Assembly: GCA_937899105.1 (NCBI GenBank)
Contig: CALBPF010000339.1
Span: 1,267-65,266 of the forward strand
Length of the DNA stretch: 64,000 nucleotides
DNA from: an uncultured Flammeovirgaceae bacterium
Lineage (GTDB): Bacteria; Bacteroidota; Bacteroidia; Cytophagales; Cyclobacteriaceae
Direction: 5' to 3'
Shown here: piece by piece, positions 37,501 to 47,600 of the stretch
Position numbering within the stretch: position 1 is the stretch's first letter
Layout of the letters: each line of letters starts with the position of its first letter
Translations under genes and position numbers: made by a program
The notes under the pieces: generated by a model
Seen by the model: only the letters and a program-made list of their open reading frames with translations
What the model was told of the DNA's origin: nothing
Database searches by the model: none

Positions 37501-38448
37501 ATGAATAATTTAGAATCCAAACAAAAAGTATTTCCAATTTTCAATTTGGATGATTTGGACCCAGAGGAATTTGTGGCTTATTACCTCGATCGGGAAAGAG
37601 AAATTGAAGGTCAGATTAATGAGAAGGGAGCTATCAAGTTTAGGGGTGTTCAGGTAAAATCATTGGAATCCTTTCAGTTTATTGTAGATTCTGTGGCTAA
37701 TAAATTTCTTAGTTATATTGACGGGAATTCGCCGAGAACCAAACTATCAGGTAATGTTTATACGTCTACTGAATACGACAAAACTCAAAAGATTACCATG
37801 CATAATGAGCTATCCTATTCTGCAAAATGGCCGAATAAGCTTTTTTTTAGCTGTTTGCAACCAGCGGAAACAGGAGGAGAAACACTGCTAGTAGATAGCA
37901 GGGAAATACTAGGAAAAATGAACCCTGATATTGTTTCAGAGATAGAGAGTCGTGGCGTTATCTATTTTAGGAACCTTCATGGCGGTATGGGTATGGGACC
38001 TTCATGGCAAGATACTTTCGAGACCGACGACAAGGTGCAACTTGAAGCATATTGTAAATCTTACTCTATTGATTTTGAATGGAGTGAAAATAATAGTTTG
38101 AGATTGAAACAACCCAGCAAAGGAATTATTGAACATAGAGTCACCAAAGAACGCGTTTGGTTTAACCAGATAGATCAATTTCACCCGTCGCACCTGGGAA
38201 AAGATATATATGAAGTAATGTCCACAATCTATACCTCTGCCGAGGAGTTTCCAATGTACGTAACTTATGGCGATGGAAAACCGATCCAAGAGGATATGAT
38301 ACATGAAATTATCAATACCATTAATGATATAACCATCGCTCCTCCCTGGCAGAGAGATGAGTTTCTTATTGTGGATAATGAGCTTTTCGGACACGGCAGA
38401 AATTCTTTTACAGGCGACCGAAGGGTATTGGTAGCCATGTCCAAATAA
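37501..38448 (+). CDS. TauD/TfdA-family Fe(II)/2-oxoglutarate dioxygenase, SyrP-like (candidate carrier-tethered amino acid beta-hydroxylase)
   Basis: 315 aa. ..TMHNELSYSAKWPNKLFFSCLQPAETGGETLLVDSREI.. carries the facial-triad His-x-acid (H at 37801-37803). The C-terminal ..LFGHGRNSF..R supplies the distal His and Arg. Confidence 0.75.
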   Translation: MNNLESKQKVFPIFNLDDLDPEEFVAYYLDREREIEGQINEKGAIKFRGVQVKSLESFQFIVDSVANKFLSYIDGNSPRTKLSGNVYTSTEYDKTQKITMHNELSYSAKWPNKLFFSCLQPAETGGETLLVDSREILGKMNPDIVSEIESRGVIYFRNLHGGMGMGPSWQDTFETDDKVQLEAYCKSYSIDFEWSENNSLRLKQPSKGIIEHRVTKERVWFNQIDQFHPSHLGKDIYEVMSTIYTSAEEFPMYVTYGDGKPIQEDMIHEIINTINDITIAPPWQRDEFLIVDNELFGHGRNSFTGDRRVLVAMSK

Positions 38449-38521
38449 CTTTTTTCAATTCTGAATTCCATCGATTGGAACCTATCAATTAATAGTAAAT
38501 AGTTCGTCAATTCGTAAAATT

Positions 38522-38690
38522 GTGAAAGTAGAGAAAATCATTAGCGAGCTCACTAAAAAAGGAGCAAAGTTAAGAGTAGTTGATCATTCCCTTAAAGTGA
38601 ATGCAGATCATGGAGTGATCACTCCTGAATTGCAAAAATTGATCAGAGAGCATAAAGGGGACATCATAAATTTCATTACTGCCTCCGCAA
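38522..38690 (+). other. TubC_N-like N-terminal docking domain of NRPS-5
   Basis: MKVEKIISELTKKGAKLRVVDHSLKVNADHGVITPELQKLIREHKGDIINFI has the same pattern as the NRPS-4 and NRPS-7 N-termini. Confidence 0.55.
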
Positions 38691-41600
38691 AAAGTGAGCA
38701 AATACCATCAACTTTGCAGAAACCGCACTACAAATTATCTTATGCACAAAGGCCGATATACTTTCTATACGAATTCGATCGATCATCTTTGGCATTTAAC
38801 CTGCCTTACGCCGTAGAGCTGAAGGGTGAATTGGATAAAAATCAATTAGAGAAAGTAGTTAATAAGTTGATAAGCCGGCACGAGAGCCTTCGAACATATT
38901 TTGAACTTTATAAAGAAGAGCCGGTCCAAAAGATAGCGCCGGAACTTAAGCTCTCGATTGAGTATTTTAAAGCAGGAAATGGGGAAACAGATAGCGTTAT
39001 TGAAAGTTTCATACGCCCATTTAATCTGGAGCAGCTTCCTTTAATTAGAGTTGGACTTATAGAGGTTGACGACGCCCGTCATATTTTATTGGTAGATATA
39101 CATCACATCATTTCCGATGCGGTATCAATGCATATATTGATCAATGACTTCGTATTGCTGTTCAAAAATGAGGTATTGCCGGAGTTTTCGCTCAAGTATA
39201 AAGATTATGCCGAATGGCAGCAACAACGATTTCAAAATGAAATAAACAAACAGAAACAATTCTGGTTGAATGAATTCTCAGAATCGCCTAACAAATTTGA
39301 ATTACCAACGGATTTTGTGCGCCCTATGGTTAAAAGTCAAAAAGGGGACTCCTTTGCATTTCTCTTAAATGATGACCATTCTCAAAAATTAAGATCTGTT
39401 GCCGAGAATACTGGTACTACACTTTACATGGTCCTGATTTCCGTTTTCAACATTTTACTATCTAAACTTTCTAACCGGGAAGATATAACAGTAGGTACTT
39501 CCTTGGCAGGCAGACAGCACGCCGATCTTGAAAATATCATAGGCATGTTTGTAAATACGCTGGCGCTACGTAACTATCCGGAGGGAAAACTCAGTTTTGA
39601 GGAATTCCTAATGAATTTGAAGAATGGAGCGCTAACGTGTTTTGATAATCAGTCTTATCCTTATGAATCGCTGGTAGAGGAACTGGAAATTGAAAGAGTT
39701 TCCAATCGAAACCCCCTTTTCGACGTGATGTTTGTTTCCCGAAATTTTGGTGAATATCAATTTGATTTGCCCGGTATCACCATTCAACCCTATGAACTAA
39801 AACAAAACATATCTAAGTTTGACTTTACGCTATATGTAACAGAACAAACAAAAAATATATCGCTAAATTTCGTATATGCCGCCGACCTGTTTAAAAGAAA
39901 AACCATAAAGCGATTTAGCTCTTACTTTATAAAAATAGTCGATGCAATCGTTGATCATATCAAAATAAAAATCTCTGACATCGACATCTTGTCAGAAAAT
40001 GAAAGAAACAGACTTTTGGTCGAATTCAACACGACACAGTTTGAATTTCCAAAGGAGAAAACAATTATTGACCTTTTCGAGGATCAGTCACTTAAGACTC
40101 CCGGTAATGTGGCTGTCGTATCAAATGAAGGCTCGATAACTTACTTAGAGTTGAGTAAGAAAGTGAAAGAATGGTCGAACTTTCTAAGCGCTAATAGGTC
40201 CAATTCCGGGATTGTTGCCCTATACATGGAGCCTTCCATTGATATGATCATCGGAATCTTGTCAATTATGAGATCCGGACAGGCCTTCTTGCCCCTGGAT
40301 CCCTACCAACAATCCGATCGTGTCCAAGACATTTTGGAGGACAGTGAATGTAGCTTGTTACTGACACAACAGAATTTGGCCGATCAATTGTCATTCGCAG
40401 GGGATAAAGTGATTTTCGATCATAAGGAAAAACAGCATACTAAAGGAAAGAATAACAGAAGAATTCAAGCTACTGATTTATGCTATCTTATATATACCTC
40501 CGGAAGTACCGGAAAACCCAAAGGTGTAAAAGTGCAGCATAATAACCAGGTGAACTACGCCATATGGCTAAAGCGAACGCTGGATTTCTCACCAGACGCC
40601 AGGTCAATACTTACGTCTTCCTACGCGTTTGATTTAGGGTACTCTTCGATATTTCCAATCTTGATTAGCGGGGGCGAACTGCATATGATCCCCAGGTCAC
40701 TTTACTATTCATCTGAGGATCTTGTTCCGTATATAGAACAAAATAGTATCACTTACCTGAAGGTTACTCCTTCCTTATTCAAAACCATCATCGCTTCTAA
40801 GAGTTTTAAACAAGGAGATTTTACTAATCTGAATCACATTATCCTTGGCGGAGAATCAATTGTTATCGAGGACGTGAAAAAAGCACATAAAATGCATGAT
40901 CACATCACTTTTGTCAATCATTATGGACCTACGGAAACTACAATAGGTTCTATAGCACAAAAAATAGACTTCGATAGTGATGAGACAGTGACTTCGATTG
41001 GCCGTCCGATACATAACACTCGGGCATTTGTACTGGATCAAGATCAGAAACCCGTTCCACTTGGTGTGCCGGGAGAGCTATGCCTAGCTGGCGCCGGAGT
41101 AGGACAGGGTTATTTCAAACAAGACGAATTGACCAACGAGAAGTTTATCTCTTCGCCACTCTACCCTTATGGTAAGATCTATCGGACCGGGGATATGGCA
41201 AGATGGCTTCCTAATGGAATAATCAGTTTTCTTGGACGATCCGACAATCAGGTAAAAATAAGAGGCTACAGAGTCGAGCTGGACGAAATCTCGCATCAAT
41301 TATACAATCATGAGATGATATCAGATGCTGTGGTAATAATGAGGGAAGAAAAGGAATCTCATCAATTAGTAGGTTATTATGTCGCCGAGCATGAAATGAC
41401 AGGGGCACAGCTCAGCAATTTCCTGTCCTACAAACTGCCTGATTATATGATCCCTTCTCATTATATCAGGCTGGACCAAATGCCACTTAATCAAAATGGC
41501 AAATTAGATGTTAAGACGCTACCTGATCCTGAGCTTCAATCTACAGAAGATTACCGCATGCCTACGACTGACGAAGATCTCTTATTTGCCGACGTGTGGT

Positions 41601-44600
41601 CGCAGGTATTGGGAATTGACAAAATAGGAGTGACCGACAGCTTTTTCCTGTTAGGAGGCGATTCTATTAAATGCATACAGGTGATAGGAAGGGTGCGCAA
41701 TGCCGGCTTTAGGTTGACTGTACAGGACATTTTTACAGATCAGACCATAGACAAACTAGCCTTAAAGTTAAAAAAGATTGAAACAGAGTCGGACCAGTCA
41801 ATGGTCAAAGGTACTGCGAAACTTTCACCGATCCAGCAGTTGTTTTGGGAAAGAGAAACCCCTGATAAACATCACTATAACCAATCTGTTTTACTAAGAT
41901 TCTCCAAGGGAATATCAGAACAGTTTGCTAAAAAAATCTTCCAGAAGATACAGCTTCATCATGATGTTTTACGTTCTGTTTTTATAACCGGCGATCATGA
42001 AATAAAACAAGACATTAGAGGAGCTGAGATGCCTGTTTCACTAGAGTTTTTTGATTTAAAAGATGAAAATGACCCGGAGGCCTTTTTGTCTGCCAAGTTA
42101 GATCAAATACAATCAGGGATTGACTTGCGTCAGGGACCATTGATGAAACTGGGGCTGTTCCAAAGAGAGAATGAAAGCCTGCTTGCGATAGTGATACACC
42201 ACCTCGTAGTGGACGGAGTGTCATGGCGTATTTTACTTGAAGACATTGAAACATTGTACAGGCAGCTACAAGATGGCAAGCAGCTTTCCCTGGCGTCTAA
42301 AACGGATTCAATTCTGTCATGGTCTGAGCAGTTGGCGAGGTACGTAAAGAGTGAGCAATTTGAAATAGGAAGATCTTACTGGAGCGAACAAAAAAAGAGG
42401 ACTATACCATCAATACCAAGAGATAATTCCGACAGGGATAATCGCGTCAAAAACGCGAAAACGGTGTCCTTTCATTTGAATGAAAATGACACTCATAAGT
42501 TACGGACCCATGTAAATGTGCCTTTCAAAACTGAAGTCAATGATATCCTGTTGGCCGCCTTATTAATGAGTATTGATCATTGTTTTAACTTAAAGGTCAT
42601 TAAAATCGATCTGGAAGGTCATGGAAGAGAACGTATCACTGAGGGTACGGATGTGAGCAGAACAGTGGGTTGGTTTACCTCGATTTACCCTGCTGTACTG
42701 GAAAAAACCAGTAATGACCTTACAAAATTGGTGAAAGAAGTTAAAGAGTCTTTACGTGGAATTCCGAATAAAGGCATCGACTATCTTATTTGCCGATCCG
42801 AAGATCAGGACTACCAAAAAGACGGGAACGGAGCGACAATCAGGTATAATTACCTGGGGCAGTTTGACACGGAGTTTAAAGACAAAGCTTTCTCTTTGGC
42901 TGAAAGATCTAAAGGACGTGAAATATCCCCCGATTGGCATAGGGCCTATGATCTGGATTTTGTGGCAATTCTAACTGAAAAACAGCTTCAGATTGATCTC
43001 ACCTTTGGTCAAAAGCAGTACAAGGAGTCCACCATTAACTTCCTTATGAGCACATATCATCAGCGCCTGGTAGAGTTGATAAATTATTGTTGCGATTGTA
43101 ATAATATAGAACTAACCCCCTCTGATCTAACCTATAATCTACTGCCACAAAGAGAACTTGACGCCATTCAAAAGCTTTATCAGGTTGAGGATGTATATCC
43201 CTTATCGCCGATGCAGGAAGGGTTGTTCTTTCATTGGTTGCTTGATCCTGAATCTGAATCTTATTTTGAACAGAAGTTGCTAACTGTAAAAGGACAGTTG
43301 GACGCAACCCTCGTTAAAAAAGCTCTGAATGAGCTTATTATCAGGTACGATGTATTAAGAACCGTTTTTGCTCGTGAAGGAATGAATCGACCATTGCAGA
43401 TAGTTTTAAAAGCACGTCAACTAAATGTAAGTTTTAATGACATTCGTCCTGAACTTGAAAGAAAAAATAAGAGCGAGGTCATCGAAAATTATAAAGTCGA
43501 GGATCAACGTAAAAAATTTGACTTAAGCCATGATGTTCTGATGAGGCTGATCATCCTTCAAACGGATGCGGATGAATATGAATGGATATGGAGTTATCAC
43601 CATATTTTGATGGATGCCTGGTGTATGGGAATAATATTGAAAGACTTCCAAAAACTATATGCTAAAGCAGGCGGAAATAGTACGATCGCACTGCCTCAAC
43701 CAGATCGTTATGCCAACTATATCCAATGGCTCGAAACCAGAGACAACGCTGTTTCGAAAAAATACTGGGGTGAATACCTGTCTACTTACAGCAAACCGGT
43801 AACACTGCTGGAAGAATCACTATCACCGCCAGAAAAAGGCTTTTCTATTCCAAAAGAGCATATAACTGAATTGGATCGACATAGAGTTGCCAGGCTTAAC
43901 GAGATTGCCGGAAAATTGGGAGTAACGGTTAATACTATATTGCAAACTGCCTGGGGGCTGCTGATGGCCAAATATAACAATGTAAATGATGTAGTTTTTG
44001 GAGCGGTAGTGTCTGGTAGGCCTAGTGAAGTAAAAGGTGTAGAAGAAATGGTAGGCCTGTTCATCAATACCATACCTGTGCGAGTAAAACTTGATGAAAA
44101 ATTACCTATTGATAGTGTTATAAAAGAAGTTCAACAAAAAGCTCTACAAAGCGAAAAACATCAATATCAACCGTTATATGAAATACAATCATTAAACAGA
44201 CTTGGAAGCGAGCTTTTTGACAACATAATAGCTTTTGAAAACTACCCAATTACTAGTGAAATAGATGGTTTGAACCTTGATGATACACAGGAATACAGAT
44301 TTGAAAACGTTAGAACATTTGAATATAATAGCTATCATTTAACACTTTACGTTTTTCCTGGCGACAGTATCCATTTGAGGTTCGTTTACAGTCCAACAAG
44401 TTATAAAGAAAGCAGGGTAAAAGAATTGGCGGCGCGCTTGAAGAATATTATCTATCAAATTATAGAAAATGATGAGATCAGCGTGTCTGAAATTGAACTC
44501 ATCACTCAAGACGAAAGGAATGAGATTAACGACGCCATAACGGATTACAGGCGCTTTAATCTCGCCTTAGAAAAAAATATACCGGTATCTTATCACCAGG

Positions 44601-47600
44601 AGAGATTATGGTTTATTGATAAATTTGAGACCGGCTATTTGTATGAAAATAGTCCTGTTTATCATAATCTTCCTCTTGTCCTGAACTTGAATGGAGATTT
44701 AAACCGCGGAGCGCTGGAAAAGAGTATCCATGCCATAGTTCAGAAGTATGGAATACTACGGACAGGAATTGTTAGCATAGATGAAAGACCTTTCCAAAAT
44801 ATACACGAGGTTTCAACTTTTAATTTGGAGTTTCAAGATGTCACATCACAAGGGGCGGCACAAATTGAAAACCTTGTGCTTAAAGAGGTAAACCTACCTT
44901 TCGATCTTGAAAAACCTTTAATTCGGGGTAGATTATTTCAGACTGACAAATCTGCGTATAAGCTGGTCTTAGTGTTCCATCATATTATGGTTGATCGTTA
45001 TTCTGTACGCAAGTTATCAGAAGAAATAATTTCAATCTATGATGATTACTTGTCTGGGTCTTACGCAGAGCGCTTTGAAACGGCATTAGACTATACAGGA
45101 TTTTTGTCGTGGCAAAAACAGTCCCTGTCCACGCTTGACACGCATTTCCTTTCTTACTGGAAACCACAGCTAAGTGAGGGGCTTAAGCCGCTGGAACTAT
45201 CCACTGACCGGCCACGAGCAACTGTACACACCTATACCGGCGCCTATTTGGATGTGAGTATACCCCGTGACCTGGTGGCTAAACTAAGAGCTTACGAACT
45301 AAAGTCTCAGATTTCTGCAGAGGTACTTTTCATGGGCATGTTTAATGTTTTACTGAACAAGTATAGCCAGCAAGAAGAAATTGTGATCGGAACAAGCGCT
45401 CTAAACAGAAAGCATGAAATTTCACAAAGCATAATAGGTCCGGTAGCCAATTTGATTGTTATCAGAAGTATTGTATCCTCGAATACTAGTTTTTTCGAAT
45501 ATGTCAGTCATTTGAAAGAGGTTTTCGACCGCGGGCTTGAATATCAAGATATGCCTTTCGATAAATTGGTTAAAGAATTGGCTCCTAACAAGGATATGAG
45601 TCGAACGGCCCTCTTTGATGTACTTTATCAATACGAAGAGAACGTTAATCCGGATCGCTTGACCACAGCTAACCTTAATGTGAGCATCCAGGAAACCAAT
45701 TTTGGTTACGGTAAATATGATTTAAACCTTCTTTTACAAAGCTCGGAAGAAGATGTACAAGGTAAGCTGGTTTATAATGCCGACTATTTTGATCGTTCTA
45801 CAATTGAATTATTTGTTAAACATTATTATAGCTTAATTCAAAGTTTACTGCACCAGCCTACTTATAAACTATCAGGTATTGAACTTATACCTGATAAGGA
45901 AAGACCTGAACTCTTAGCCCAATTTGACAATATCAACGTGACCTTTCCAAAAGATAAAACCATTGTTGAATTGTTTAAACACCAGGTTACACATACTCCT
46001 GGTAACATCGCTGTTGTATTTAAAGGAAAGACATTGACCTATGCTGAGCTGGATGCAAGGTCAACCAAGCTGGCATGGGTATTAAGAGGCAAAGGGGTCG
46101 GTTCTGATCAGCTGGTTGGGATTTTGGTAGATAGATCTATTGAAATGGTGGTAGGGATATTAGCCATTCTTAAGTCAGGAGGCGCTTATTTACCCATTGA
46201 TACCGACTACCCTAAAGAAAGGATCGATTTCTTGATTGAAGATAGTGGGCTGAAAGCGCTGCTTACCACGAAAGATCAGCAGCTGGGTTTCTCTGACAAT
46301 GTTTCAGTACTGTATATAGAAGACGTCGATGAAATGGACGATCATGTTAATGAAATCGACAATGTCAATAAGCCATCTGATCTATGTTATGTGATTTATA
46401 CCTCGGGAACGACAGGTGTTCCTAAAGGGGTAATGGTAGAACACAAAAATGTGGTAAGGCTGTTTTTTAATGATGCTTTTCAATTTGATTTTGGTCCCAA
46501 AGATGTATGGACCATGTTTCATAGCCATTGCTTCGACTTTAGTGTGTGGGAGATATTCGGAGCCCTGCTGTCTGGAGGAAAACTGGTTATTATTCCTAAA
46601 ATGATTGCCAGGGACACCAAAGTTTTTTGGAATATATTGAAAGAGCAGAAGGTAACTGTGCTCAATCAAACCCCTAGTGCGTTTTACAATTTAATGGAGG
46701 AAGATACCCAACATCCTACACCTGAATTAGACCTGCGATATGTGATATTTGGTGGAGAAGCGCTGAGTCCGAAAAAACTTGCCTCTTGGAGATCAAAATA
46801 TCCTGAAACGATGTTGATCAACATGTTCGGCATTACTGAAACTACCGTTCATGTTACCTACAAAGAAATTGGCGATAAAGAAATAGACAACAACACCAGT
46901 AGTATTGGCAAACCTATACCAACATTATCTTGCCACCTCTTCGATCAAAATCAGAAGCTAATTCCAAATGGGGTAATTGGTGAATTATACGTAGGTGGAG
47001 AGGGTGTATCACGAGGCTATTTAAATAATAAAGAACTTACCAATAAAAGATTCATTCCTAACCCTTATAATCCGTCCGAACGGTTGTACCGAACCGGAGA
47101 CTTGGCGCGGATACTAAAAAGTGGAGATATTGAATACCTTGGCAGGATCGATAATCAGGTTCAACTGAGAGGTTTCAGAATAGAATTGGGAGAGATCGAA
47201 ATGCAACTGTCAGGATATCAGGATATTAATGAATGTGTGGTGGTGGCTAAAGAAAAACAGGAGCATATATACCTTGCCGCCTATTACGTATCACAAAAAG
47301 AAATCGAGGTATCGGTATTGAAAAGCTTCCTATCCGATAAACTGCCTGAATACATGATCCCTTCCTTTTACATTCACCTGATGGAGATACCTTTAACTTC
47401 TAACGGAAAGCTAGACAAAACAGCATTACCAGTCCCTGAGATAAAGACAAATGAAAATTACGAAAGTCCTTTAGGCGCTACAGAAGAAAAAATGGCTGTT
47501 ATATGGGCAGATATTTTAGATATAGAAAGAGATAAGATCAGCTGTTATGACAATTTCTTTGACTTAGGCGGGCATTCCATCATAGCCGTACGGTTGATAG

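Noticed and set aside
38002-38394. 130-aa minus-strand ORF inside the TauD-like gene
   Set aside because: It is antisense to a gene with clear family motifs, has no recognisable domain and has no room for its own promoter.
44575-45870. Cprime domains as heterocyclisation (Cy) domains, since they sit in Ser/Thr modules
   Set aside because: Cy domains carry DxxxxD in place of HHxxxDG. These domains have HHIMVDRYS and HRIIADPRS, and no oxidase or reductase typical of azole/azoline lines is present.
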